A DNA stretch of 64,000 nt, from assembly GCA_040285855.1 (NCBI GenBank), contig JAUFOQ010000017.1, forward strand, positions 1,116,001-1,180,000. Direction: 5' to 3'. The notes under the pieces were generated by a model, which saw only the letters and a list, made by a program, of their open reading frames with translations, searched no databases and was not told the origin of the DNA. Shown here one piece after another: positions 13,336 through 26,125 of the stretch (the first letter of the stretch is position 1; every line of letters starts with the position of its first letter). The stretch is from Eukaryota sp. GEM-RC1 (lineage: Eukaryota). Made by a program: the position numbers and the translations under genes.

Positions 13336-13560
13336 TCTTACATTTTTTGTTATCAGAGTTGTTATAAGTTGTTTCCATTATAGTCAAGTTGTTTGCTCGG
13401 AAGAATTGGGTAGTGCGATAAACAGTGTTTTTATTTTCTTCTTTATTATATTTCTTGTTCTGTGGTTAATTCAGAACAGAAACTCAATTTTCTTTGAGAC
13501 TAATGTGTAAGTCGAATACAGCAGTGTCTACAATAGTTACAAAAACTCTAACATGTTTGA

Positions 13561-14403
13561 CATCCCAGGCATGAATCCACTGTTCTAATTCTAGATAACT
13601 ACTGCTCTAACGTAGGGAAGCACAACTTTGCGAATATCATATCTGAAAAGCAAGCCATCATACACCATATGCGATTTAAAGTTGATTTTGAAGTTCAAGG
13701 CCTTCCTCACACATTTATAGATCATTATTGTAGTTTTCTTTGTTGAGTTATCAATAAAGCATCATGTTCTTCTTTTGTTCCAAGTCTACGTTCTAGTTCA
13801 ATGACAGTCTCACTGTCGATGTTGTGATACACAAAAGCATTGAAAATAACATTGTTGATGTATAAAGTAATGAATGATGTCAGGTAAGTACAAAAATGTT
13901 GTATTTGAAGTGTAGGAGATATCCGAAGACAGAAAAGAAGTCTGCTAGCTGTAGACAAACAAGACATGACTCTAAAGATAAATCTAGATACTGAAATTGT
14001 ACTTTTCTTCTCTCTTGACATGCGTATGATTCTCCATACATTCTAACTTCAGACATTGTGATGATGCCAAAAGTAAGTTTTGGTCACGATATGTGCTTGC
14101 TGCTCTAACCATTTCTGAGAAGTGACCTCTTTACATAGATCTAACACACAATGTCTTCCCCTTGTCGTTTGATGTCGCTTTCGCCTGCTTGGTCAGTTGA
14201 TGATAACGATGAGATGAAGACTTGTAACATGGGGTGTTGTTTGCTTTCCGCTTCTCTCTGTTACTTTCTCTTCTCTTCTCATGAGTTTCTATCGTATCTT
14301 ACCGCCGCTTGCTCTGACACTTCCATGGACACAATGTCTTCCTCTTGTCGTTTGATTTCGGAACCCAACGGAAATTCTTCTCAGAATCCCGAACTGGGAT
14401 ATA
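13561..14403 (-). mobile_element. Highly decayed possible LTR-retrotransposon (gag/pol) remnant; duplicated at ~18305-19147
   Basis: Broken zinc-knuckle-like (EDIVC..RGHF) and DGLLFRYD..VVLP segments; 28-bp internal direct repeat. Weak motif evidence only. Confidence 0.3.
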
Positions 14404-14953
14404 CTTAGGCATTATTACACCTACACTTTTCTCTTATGACATGATCAAGAACAACACTGCTAATCAGTTTCACTCAGCCAAACTCCAATCAACAACCAAT
14501 TCTGATCTACCTGATACTTTTTGCAGGCTAGATCAACTTCTAAAAGATGTCATTGATGAAACAGAAATTCTACTCAGCTGGACTCTATTACGTGACACAA
14601 CCAATCAAAAATAAAGTAGTGTTTGAAATTAAGAAGACTTGGAGAGAAGAGATTCTGAGTAGAAGAAGTTGCTTCTTACACCAAATAGAATCACTACTAA
14701 AAATTAAAATATTAAAGAATAAAAGAAGTCAAATAGTATAGGACCTACTTTGACAAAAGAACGGGAATGTCATCATAATAGCAACCAAAATTTCCAACGA
14801 TTCCTCCAAACCGATTCTGCCAGTGACTAGTATCAGGATCCAAGCACCATTGTAAAAACAATGTTTTAACAGTACAAGTAAAAGATCATCCTGATACATC
14901 AGTCGGTATTTGATTGAATGCTCAGACATTATACTGAATGTAAGGCTCATGAA

Positions 14954-15278
14954 CAGTGAACGCTAACATATTCAGAAATCGAATCTAACACGTGTTAGGA
15001 CTTGTTCGCGAATTTTTCACAAAAAAGGTTGGGCACAATTTTTCCTGGTTTCTGGTTCAACGATATATAGCTCATTTCTTCTACACTTTCATCTCTACGA
15101 TACTCTACGTCCCTGTAGTCAACTTCTAAAACGGCGTCTTTCATTCTTTTACCAGCAAAAGACATTTTCACATCATTCAGTCCGAAAACAGTAACCGATA
15201 TTTGCGTGTTAGAAATCAGCTTAAATTTCCTAACACGCGTGTTGCGTGTCAGGCCGTGTTAAGTGTTAGCGTTCACTG
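14954..15278. mobile_element. hAT-like MITE (CAGTGAACGCTAACA family), repeat unit 2
   Basis: Duplicate of 10147-10470. Confidence 0.9.
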
Positions 15279-15524
15279 TTCATGATGAGGGAACCGAACA
15301 TTGTGGTGACGTGTCGTGTGTTGTTGACATGTCAGTTTGAGAAGTGTAAGAGAAGGACAATGTACAGAGGCGTACGAAGTGAGTCATCATCATCAAAGCT
15401 AATGTGGGGTATCAGTTGGAGTGGGTTTTAGGAGGTAGACCAAGTTACTGCCAAGTAAGTCATTTAACTAGAACTTCGCAGGCAGTGAGGGTTCAACAAC
15501 AAAAAAGCGAAGAGATATCCGCAG

Positions 15525-16524
15525 ATGTTCCACACCAAGCTTCTCTTCTGTAAGAGTTACAGAAGAATCAGTCCTTGTAAGCGAAGTTTGGGAGACGTTT
15601 AGTAAAAAACATCAACTTCTCTATGTTGTTCCAACCGAATCCTTTGTCCCTCCACCGTTACCATCTTCATTAGTCCTCGTCAATGATGTAAAGATCACTG
15701 TTATCTCATTCAATTACTCTGAGGTTTATATTCTCCCTCCTTCAATCGATCTCCCAGCCAATCTAGAGTTAGTTCAATCTCTCAACCGTATCAAGAACGA
15801 TCCGTTGCTGCTCTGTTGTCCTCTATGTTTCTTCTTTCCCACAGCTTCTTTTACTGACAGTCTTTCTATCTTCTCAAGACAATCTATTCCCACTGATGTC
15901 TACCTACAAATCACTGACATGAGCGGTTACGTTGAAGTCTGCATCTACGGCTCCGATCTAACAGCCAAGTCTTTATATTACGACCTCCAACTAGAACTCA
16001 AACCCTACCTCATTGGACGACTCTGTCTAGATCCCTTTGCTTACCTTTTCGTCCACCTCTCCCACCACGATCTCACTATCAGTACTGCTGAGTCAGTCAC
16101 TGGGGGAATGCTGGCTGATCTGATAACACGTGTTCCAGGAATCAAGGATTACTTTAAAGGGGGAGTCGTGGCTTACGCTAATGATTCAAAAACAAAGGTA
16201 TTAGAAGTTGATAAGGAAGTAGTTGATCTACATGGCCCAGTTAGTGAAGAAGTGTCGAAGTTGATTGCTGTCAATATAAGAAAGAAGTTTGGCACACGTG
16301 TGGGAGTCGGGATCACTGGATTTGCTTCGTCTCCCACAATCAATCATCCTGTAGGTACAGTCTTTGTCTCTGTGGCTCTAGGATTAGAAGAAGGAGATGT
16401 TGTGGAGGTGAGAAAGTTTTTGTTTGGGGGTTGTAGGAAAGAGATAATGAGGCGAGCAGTTATGGGCAGTTTGTACCTGATTCATGAGACTATTGATAGT
16501 CATTTTGTACATCGAATTCCTTGA
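15525..16524 (+). pseudogene. cinA: CinA/PncC copy 2 with 53-nt frameshifting deletion near the 5' end
   Basis: Lacks ACAGTGG...GCACGTT (53 nt) at ~15549 relative to copies 1 and 3; the remainder is intact. Confidence 0.8.
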
Positions 16525-16883
16525 TTCAAGAGTTGATTGATTGGTCTATGATGACGTGTAGATGTTTCTAGTAATTCTCAATACAGTAACAATGTTGTTG
16601 TTTAATTTCCTCTTTGACAGTTTTGGGTGGATGATATCTGAAGTAAATTCTGTAAATTCTCATGTTCTTCGATTTGAGAGTCCTATTTGGAATCTTTCAA
16701 ATTTTCGGGGATTAAACGAAGAATCTAATATCCAATTAACAGAAGACTAAGATTTGTTAAACATCTTTTGGGTATCAAAATAAGTGTGAAGATCATCTCC
16801 TTTTTGATCTGAATTCGTTTTCTGAAAGGTGTTTCAAAACTGGTTCATCGCATGACTGTTCTATATCTTATTGATGTACTGTA

Positions 16884-18079
16884 CAGCAGGCCGGCCGGCG
16901 CTTATAGGCCGGCCTAATAGCTCAAATTATTACATTTGAGTAACTATTTGTTTAAACTGTGTAAATCGTTTGAGTATTTGGTTTCTTGTTGGTTGCTAAT
17001 ATTCATAAACTCTGTTTTTAATTGACTTCAGTATTAATTTATTGTGGAAACTTACCAAAAACTACATGTACAATGTTATAATACAAGACCAGGGACTGGC
17101 AACAATTTATTGGTATTGACAATAGTTTTTATTGATTGAAACCCGTTTTACGATACCAATATATTGACAATAATTCTTTGTTGTAAAATGTGCCTACTTT
17201 TTGAAGATTAATTGTTCAGAATTCTTCAAGGTGTACCTTTATGAAACTTGACTTGACTAAAGTAAAGTTTCATAAACAGCAACATCCCTTGAAACAGTTT
17301 GTGCTTCATTTAATTCACTAATGGGTAGGCAGAAATAAGCTAGATGCATTTGTTGTAGTTTGTTTTCGAATTGAACAATGTGATCAGTGTGAATCAATCA
17401 CTTCAAATATTTAGTGAAATTTGATCTGTACTTAAGGCACTTTGACATGGGTTTTTCTTCTGGACCAATTTATTGCACTATATCGGACCAATACCAATTA
17501 ATGATTGCGGGCAGAAACTTCGTAGTAATTCTATTGCAGTAAATTGTTGCCAGTCCCTGATACAAGACCTCAGGCCTAATATTAATCGCTTGCGGAAAGT
17601 GTTGTACTAGATCTTCCGGAAGCAATTTCTTTAAAACGGAAGAAGGAGGAGCTGAAGCAGACAGCATAGGACCAGAAGCAGATTTTGATTTGCTATTAGT
17701 ATCTGTAGAGGAGATTATTTCTGTTTGGTAGGAATCATTAGGTGAGGACATGTGTGAATACAAAGAGGTGACAAAATCTAAAGACCAAAAGAAATCCACA
17801 TGTAGAAGCCTCTTTTATATTGATATTACTAATAGTAATATCTAATCTCAATTGTTCAAGTTCCAATATAATGACGTCATCAAAAGAACAGTGTAACAAA
17901 TGAATATATGAAGCGAATTTATCAACACATAATTCGACTTTGAGCCGGCTTGAGCCGACTAATTCAGCTCGTAGGCCAGCCGTCAACAACTTAGGGCCAG
18001 CCGGCTGGGCCCAGAAAAATTCACTAAATATTACATCTATTATATAGCCGGCTTAAATTGGGCCGGCCGCCAACCACTC
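16884..18079. mobile_element. GGCCGGCC-type element, repeat unit 2
   Basis: Duplicate of 12140-13335. Confidence 0.6.
17090..17559. mobile_element. 470-bp MITE (CAGGGACTGG family)
   Basis: Perfect 20-bp TIR; 9-bp TSD ATACAAGAC at 17081-17089 and 17560-17568. Confidence 0.92.
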
Positions 18080-19697
18080 TCTTACATTTTTTGTTATCAG
18101 AGTTGTTATAAGTTGTTTCCATTATAGTCAAGTTGTTTGCTCGGAAGAATTGGGTAGTGCGATAAACAGTGTTTTTATTTTCTTCTTTATTATATTTCTT
18201 GTTCTGTGGTTAATTCAGAACAGAAACTCAATTTTCTTTGAGACTAATGTGTAAGTCGAATACAGCAGTGTCTACAATAGTTACAAAAACTCTAACATGT
18301 TTGACATCCCAGGCATGAATCCACTGTTCTAATTCTAGATAACTACTGCTCTAACGTAGGGAAGCACAACTTTGCGAATATCATATCTGAAAAGCAAGCC
18401 ATCATACACCATATGCGATTTAAAGTTGATTTTGAAGTTCAAGGCCTTCCTCACACATTTATAGATCATTATTGTAGTTTTCTTTGTTGAGTTATCAATA
18501 AAGCATCATGTTCTTCTTTTGTTCCAAGTCTACGTTCTAGTTCAATGACAGTCTCACTGTCGATGTTGTGATACACAAAAGCATTGAAAATAACATTGTT
18601 GATGTATAAAGTAATGAATGATGTCAGGTAAGTACAAAAATGTTGTATTTGAAGTGTAGGAGATATCCGAAGACAGAAAAGAAGTCTGCTAGCTGTAGAC
18701 AAACAAGACATGACTCTAAAGATAAATCTAGATACTGAAATTGTACTTTTCTTCTCTCTTGACATGCGTATGATTCTCCATACATTCTAACTTCAGACAT
18801 TGTGATGATGCCAAAAGTAAGTTTTGGTCACGATATGTGCTTGCTGCTCTAACCATTTCTGAGAAGTGACCTCTTTACATAGATCTAACACACAATGTCT
18901 TCCCCTTGTCGTTTGATGTCGCTTTCGCCTGCTTGGTCAGTTGATGATAACGATGAGATGAAGACTTGTAACATGGGGTGTTGTTTGCTTTCCGCTTCTC
19001 TCTGTTACTTTCTCTTCTCTTCTCATGAGTTTCTATCGTATCTTACCGCCGCTTGCTCTGACACTTCCATGGACACAATGTCTTCCTCTTGTCGTTTGAT
19101 TTCGGAACCCAACGGAAATTCTGCTCAGAATCCCGAACTGGGATATACTTAGGCATTATTACACCTACACTTTTCTCTTATGACATGATCAAGAACAACA
19201 CTGCTAATCAGTTTCACTCAGCCAAACTCCAATCAACAACCAATTCTGATCTACCTGATACTTTTTGCAGGCTAGATCAACTTCTAAAAGATGTCATTGA
19301 TGAAACAGAAATTCTACTCAGCTGGACTCTATTACGTGACACAACCAATCAAAAATAAAGTAGTGTTTGAAATTAAGAAGACTTGGAGAGAAGAGATTCT
19401 GAGTAGAAGAAGTTGCTTCTTACACCAAATAGAATCACTACTAAAAATTAAAATATTAAAGAATAAAAGAAGTCAAATAGTATAGGACCTACTTTGACAA
19501 AAGAACGGGAATGTCATCATAATGGCAACCAAAATTTCCAACGATTCCTCCAAACCGATTCTGCCAGTGACTAGTATCAGGATCCAAGCACCATTGTAAA
19601 AACAATGTTTTAACAGTACAAGTAAAAGATCATCCTGATACATCAGTCGGTATTTGATTGAATGCTCAGACATTATACTGAATGTAAGGCTCATGAA

Positions 19698-20020
19698 CAG
19701 TGAACGCTAACATATTCAGAAATCGAATCTAACACGTGTTAGGACTTGTTCGCGAATTTTTCACAAAAAAGGTTGGGCACAATTTTTCCTGGTTTCTGGT
19801 TCAACGATATATAGCTCATTTCTTCTACACTTTCATCTCTACGATACTCTACGTCCCTGTAGTCAACTTCTAAAACGGCGTCTTTCATTCTTTTACCAGC
19901 AAAAGACATTTTCACATCATTCAGTCCGAAAACAGTAACCGATATTTGCGTGTTAGAAATCAGCCAATTTCCTAACACGCGTGTTGCGTGTCAGGCCGTG
20001 TTAAGTGTTAGCGTTCACTG
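19698..20020. mobile_element. hAT-like MITE (CAGTGAACGCTAACA family), repeat unit 3
   Basis: Duplicate of 10147-10470. Confidence 0.9.
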
Positions 20021-20266
20021 CTCATGATGAGGGAACCGAACATTGTGGTGACGTGTCGTGTGTTGTTGACATGTCAGTTTGAGAAGTGTAAGAGAAGGAC
20101 AATGTACAGAGGCGTACGAAGTGAGTCATCATCATCAAAGCTAATGTGGGGTATCAGTTGGAGTGGGTTTTAGGAGGTAGACCAAGTTACTGCCAAGTAA
20201 GTCATTTAACTAGAACTTCGCAGGCAGTGAGGGTTCAACAACAAAAAAGCGAAGAGATATCCGCAG

Positions 20267-21320
20267 ATGTTCCACACCAAGCTTCTCTTCTACAGTGGAC
20301 AGGACCGTCCAGAATACTTCCTCCCACGGATCCTAGAGCACGTTGTAAGAGTTACAGAAGAATCAGTCCTTGTAAGCGAAGTTTGGGAGACGTTTAGTAA
20401 AAAACATCAACTTCTCTATGTTGTTCCAACCGAATCCTTTGTCCCTCCACCGTTACCATCTTCATTAGTCCTCGTCAATGATGTAAAGATCACTGTTATC
20501 TCATTCAATTACTCTGAGGTTTATATTCTCCCTCCTTCAATCGATCTCCCAGCCAATCTAGAGTTAGTTCAATCTCTCAACCGTATCAAGAACGATCCGT
20601 TGCTGCTCTGTTGTTCTCTATGTTTCTTCTTTCCCACAGCTTCTTTTACTGACAGTCTTTCTATCTTCTCAAGACAATCTATTCCCACTGATGTCTACCT
20701 ACAAATCACTGACATGAGCGGTTACGTTGAAGTCTCCATCTACGGTTCCGATCTATCAGCCAAGTCTTTATATTACGACCTCCAACTAGAACTCAAACCC
20801 TACCTCATTGGACGACTCTGTCTAGATCCCTTTGCTTACCTTTTCGTCCACCTCTCCCACCACGATCTCACTATCAGTACTGCTGAGTCAGTCACTGGGG
20901 GAATGCTGGCTGATCTGATAACACGTGTTCCAGGAATCAAGGATTACTTTAAAGGGGGGAGTCGTGGCTTACGCTAATGATTCAAAAACAAAGGTATTAG
21001 AAGTTGATAAGGAAGTAGTTGATCTACATGGCCCAGTTAGTGAAGAAGTGTCGAAGTTGATTGCTGTCAATATAAGAAAGAAGTTTGGCACACGTGTGGG
21101 AGTCGGGATCACTGGATTTGCTTCGTCTCCCACAATCAATCATCCGGTGGGTACAGTCTTTGTCTCTGTAGCTTTAGGATTAGAAGAAGGAGATGTTGTG
21201 GAGGTGAGAAAGTTTTTGTTTGGGGGTGGTAGGAAAGAGATAATGAGGCGAGCAGTTATGGGCAGTTTGTACATGATTCATGAGACTATTGATAGTTATT
21301 TTGTACATCGAATTCCTTGA
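20267..21320 (+). CDS. cinA: CinA/PncC copy 3 (apparent +1 frameshift in a G-run, G6 vs G5)
   Basis: ORFs 20267-20977 and 20925-21320 join if one G is removed at ~20955-20959; otherwise nearly identical to copy 1. Confidence 0.8.
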
Positions 21321-21936
21321 TTCAAGAGTTGATTGATTGGTTTATGATGACGTGTAGATGTTTCTAGTAATTCTCAATACAATAACAATGTTGTTGTTTA
21401 ATTTCCTCTTTGACAGTTTTGGGTGGATGATATCTGAAGTAAATTCTGTAAATTCTCATGTTCTTCGATTGGTTCTCCGACTTGAGAGTCCTTCTTGGAA
21501 TATTTCAAATTTTCGGTGGCTGTTAAGAGATTAAACGAAGAATCTAATATCCGAATAACACCAGACTAAGACTTGGTACGAGCACCAACTATAGCAAAAT
21601 CCATTAATTGTTGAGTCGAGTTAAGCCATGGGTATGACGATCACCTCCATTTTGATCTGAATTCGTTTTCTGAAAGCTGTTTCAAAACTGGTTTATCGCC
21701 CGATTGTTCTATACCGTATTGATGTACACTATCTTGCATTTGTTGCTATTAAAAAGTGTAGTTATAAGTTGTTTTCATTTTGTTCGAGTTGTTTGCTCGG
21801 AAGAATTGGGCAGATCGATTAATAGCATTTTTATTATCTCTATTATTACACTTCTTGTTGTGTGGTTGTTTCAGAACACAATTTTCATTGAGACCAATGT
21901 GTAAATCGAATAATTTCTGCAATTATTACAAAAACT

Positions 21937-23706
21937 CTAACATGTTTGAATCCAACTGTCAACAGAAAGTAGCGGCACACCAGTCTCTTTTGAAATCCAA
22001 GAAATTTTAAATAATATAGAAAATTCGAGATATACTTGAAAGCAAGTAACATAGAAAAAAACAGACGTCAACAAAGTGAAGAACGGAAAAAACAAATAAA
22101 AATAATAAAGTAGAACAAAATAAGAGAAATTTGCAACACAAACTGCGATGACCAACCCAAATACACTTGAACCAACAAAACAAAGAGTTTTCACACGGCT
22201 ATAATAATAAAACGTAACCAAGGTAAAGGAATATCCAAAACTGAAATACCACTAATTAAAAAATTAGTCGAAATCGGGGTAAACCCATGACTCACGGTAA
22301 GACTACCAATCGAAGTAAGAACACCGTACTCATTAGCTGCAGAAGATCCAAAACCAATGAACAAACAAGGAAGAAGAATAGGAATAAGCCAATGCAGGTG
22401 GAGTAAATCTAACATTTTAAATTTTTTAAATAAAATCACCAAAAGAGTCACAAATCTTAAAGAAGAAAGTATAAAGAAATAAAAGAAAAACGACGGCCAA
22501 TTAATAGCAAATACGAATAGAAACCATGGACGTTGAACTATCTTCAAGTCATAGGAAAAGTCAAATGAAAATTCAGAAACACTTTTGGAAGTTACGACTT
22601 GGATTGTGATATGATGGATTCCTTTTCCAAGTCCTTGATTGTTTCTAAAGAGACAGGTGCAGTAAATAGATTAGTCATTGATTTTGACTGTAGCCAATCA
22701 AGAACAATGATGTCATCGTCAATTATTGCAATTAATTTAAAATTTACCGGAGGATGATACACTAAGACACGTAAATGTCCACGTTGTAGCACCTCCATTC
22801 GAGTAAAAACTTGGCCAATAATAGGCAAATTTAAAACAATTACCCTTGTAAGTTCAGGCTTTTTGAAGTTTAAAAGAACAGAATGAACAACAGAATTGTC
22901 AATCACAATCAAACGACCCTTATTATTCTTGTAGAGATCAGCTGTAGACAAATGCCACGTATCATGAATCAACACACGTGACGATTTGTGAACATGACCG
23001 GAAACAACATAATCAAATTCCCAAAAAGGAAAGAGTACAAACGGAGGATCAAAAATCATACTTGATGGATAATGAGTGAACACAAAGCTAGGTACATGTG
23101 TTTTCCTGCGTGTTTGTAAGTAGTTAAAGAACTCCATTGGCATGAAAGCAAAGAAGTCAAGTCCATTGGTTAATCCAGGAAAAGAAAAAAGAATCAATAA
23201 GAGCAACTGAGAAGAACTGGTTGGAGATGAGAGTGAATGGGGGTTGGATGAAGTAGAGTTGGAGAAGAGAGAAGAAGATGAATCAACCTTTCGCATGCTA
23301 GAGTTATTTAAGAACAAGACACAAACCAATGATTCCCTTGAGAGAAGAGAAGTGAATGATCAGGTGGAAGAAGTGCAAGGGTTTGGTTAAGTTGTAGCCA
23401 TTCCGCAGCACGTGAAGCAGGAGTTGAAGAAGTATTGGCATTGATGAGATCGCCAGTGAATAGAGTGACATTGGGATGGTAGAAAGGGATAATGGTGGTG
23501 ACAAGACGGTGAAGGTGAGACGTAGGACGATTGGTATGAGTGCTGATGTGAACATCTGTCACATGAAGAAGTGTTACTGGATCATGTTGAGGTGAGTAAG
23601 AGTTGCGTGGAAAGGATTTGACATGAGATGAGAGTGGAGTGTAACTATAAATGCAGACTAGAACAACAAATGGAAGCAATGAGAGGTAGTGAAACCTAAG
23701 AAGCAT
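21937..23706 (-). CDS. TMEM62: TMEM62-like membrane metallophosphoesterase (one 29-nt intron, two apparent homopolymer frameshifts)
   Basis: N-terminal anchor; calcineurin-like motifs TDVH, TGDL, GNH(C) and SGHVH; Ig-like region (KGIHHITIQV once one A is restored at ~22623); several C-terminal TM helices. Intron 23298-23326 restores the frame. Confidence 0.75.
23298..23326 (-). other. Spliceosomal intron, 29 nt
   Basis: GTTTGT...AATAACTCTAG; removal joins GNH to C-MRKVD in frame. Confidence 0.8.
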
Positions 23707-24139
23707 TGACTAGAAGCCTGTACATTTATAAAGAAGAGGTTCTCTATCTAGAGGGTTGCTGATATCTGTACTGAGTGAAGGTAAAGAAATCTAAACAGAA
23801 AATCTTCTTACTTACACGCAACTTACATGATGAAAGTTTATGAGTTGATCTAGATTGAACGAATATGCGCTATCCAAAACATAATATTGTGGAAAGTCTT
23901 TGTATTTGAAGCTACCAGTTGTTGGTCCAAACTCCTAGACTAATCTTCATCAGCAATGATCTTGGTCTTGACCATTACTTGATTTGACTCATTTCCAGAT
24001 TCAGTATTTATCTCTTTGTCGCTCAATCTTCTTCTTATCTATCTTCCACTTCTGCATTTGTTCATGTGGTGATTCTATTCAGCAGACGAAGTAATTTCTT
24101 CTGCTCAGACTCTCTCATTAATTTCATTATTCTAGAATA

Positions 24140-25295
24140 ACCTCTTTAGCTTTATTGTCCAGTGACTACATTTTAGTCTTTTGAAAGACATTCAGTATTC
24201 TTAAAAAAAGTCTGGAATAGAATTAGAACATACGACTACATCATCAATGTAAGTCAATTCTCCTTCTTCAGAGAGAGTCTTGAAAGATTTCATTAGGAGT
24301 ACCCCAGCTTTGAATCTGGTTATCAATGATCGTTAAAGATAATCCAACACACTGAACTCTCTTTGACAGGGAAAAGGTTGAATACAATAACTACAACATG
24401 AAGTACGTAGGGATACGACCTGGTATGAAAGGTTAGGAACGTACTTTCGTACCCACACAATTGTACACAAACAATGAGAACAACCATAGTGAAAGACCAA
24501 CAACTGTTCTTTTCTTAGCTTCTAGTATGTCTTCTTGAACGACGGTCTTTGGTTTCACAACCAAGTCCAAGGACCGAGGTATCCTAGCACATGATGATGA
24601 GGCTGTGTCTCATTTGTATCCATGAAAAGAGCATTAAAGACAGCATAAGCATCCGGAATAGAAGAGAAACCACGAAGACCTTGGAGGTATTTGCGGAGGT
24701 CTGAATTGGACTTTCCAATCTTTCTTTCCAAGACTTGGCACAACTAAGTTATCCAATAGAGAACTCTCAACGTAGTCTCTTAGTGGAACTCGTTCCATGG
24801 CTTCATCAGACTTCAGATATGCAGAGTATTCCTGTAGAAAACTGCAAATACTCCCGGCCAAGGAAAATGAAGGAAAATATCTCTAGTATGAGTAGTATTT
24901 GACAGATTCATATGAAGAAGACAGGATTTATGGTCATAGGAATTGCAAAAGGAGGACGTGCAAGATCAACAGGGGTACAAGACGGAGAGCACAAGAGAGG
25001 CCTACCAGATGAATTTAAAGTATCAATTACAGAAAGGCAAAAGAGACACTTACGAGAGTTACATGATTGAGAAGCATCACCATGACGAGGAACCGATGTT
25101 CGAAACAAAGGAGCATCATTGCAAGTTATTGAAGAAATTTATCAACAATATCTACGTCCTCAGCAACAAGACCCTTTGGACAGTTTCTTTTATCGTGTTC
25201 AAAAGAAGAACACTACATTGACGAGGTTTCTGTCTATAATTGACAGTATGTGATGTTGGAGGGGGCTTTTTAGGTTTGTCAAGGATGGCAGTCAT
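24140..25295 (-). mobile_element. Decayed Ty3/Gypsy-like LTR retrotransposon (gag-like region + RT fragment)
   Basis: TYIDDVVVCSNS....KNTECLFKRLK...TIKLK at ~24150-24255 matches the Gypsy RT YxDD region. Upstream there is a frameshifted gag-like ORF. No LTRs found. Confidence 0.65.
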
Positions 25296-25799
25296 GAAAG
25301 AAGGAAAAAAAGCATTTAAAAAAAATTATAAGAATGATAAAATCTACATGTGTACCAATACAACATTATTGATCAATTAATGTCTATAAATTTCGAGAAA
25401 AAATGTACAAGATAGTTACAAACGTACTGATCTTTTTGGTCATCTAGCTTAACTGCAAAATCCGTTGAAAAATGGACATTGTTCATTAAAGGAATTACCT
25501 TAGGTATAGTGTTGATACCTCCCCACCAAGGACTGTTAATCAGTGGGATATGTATTTCGATCAGACGTTGGTGTTTAGTTGAACTGATTCGTATTGCCTT
25601 TGGAACAAGTTAATTGCCACGTAAACAGATGGTACATACAGTAAAACCACAACTTTAATTAAGTTATTCAGCCAAATTAGAACAGAGAGCGTCGTCAAAA
25701 GAATATGTACCTTGATCGTTCAAATGTTTCACATGTGCTGTACATTTTATGTAATAGATAGTTACAGACAATTTGTGAACTGAATTTACTAACACTGAT

Positions 25800-26125
25800 G
25801 GTATAAATTGTCGTATTTTATCGGAGTTAACCCCAAGGCTCGTTTTCCATCACATGGAAAATCGTCATTAAAGACTTCACAAGACTTCACGTTTTGTGCT
25901 CAGGATTAGATCTATGGGGGTCGTTTAAAAGGACAAAGTGTGCCTTTAAGAAACGATGAGGTGTTGGAGATGATTGCGGATATGGTGGAAAACACGTTTA
26001 CCATAAAATCAATTCAACGAGATTCGATTAATCTGTCAGGATCACTACCACTGTTGAAGAATGACAACTTTTATTATCCCTGTTTTAGACTTTGTAGTTC
26101 AGGCCAAGAATTAATAATTCAATAG
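25800..26125 (+). pseudogene. SPRY-like domain remnant related to the BTB-SPRY genes
   Basis: DEVLEMIADM..TFTIKS..INLSGSLP..FYYPCFRLCSSGQ parallels the C-terminus of 3115-3666. Confidence 0.7.

Larger units (their letters stand above)
9596..21950 (+). repeat. Tandem segmental triplication containing CinA (A-B-A-B-A'; periods 4807 and 4744 bp)
   Basis: Near-identical units start at ~9602, 14409 and 19153 (GCATTATTACACCTACAC). The third unit diverges in its 3' part and ends near 21950. Confidence 0.97.

Noticed and set aside
22199..22218. 20-nt intron GTTACG...TATAG in the TMEM62-like gene
   Set aside because: It would restore the frame, but the donor and length do not match the other introns; a missing T in a T-run is simpler.
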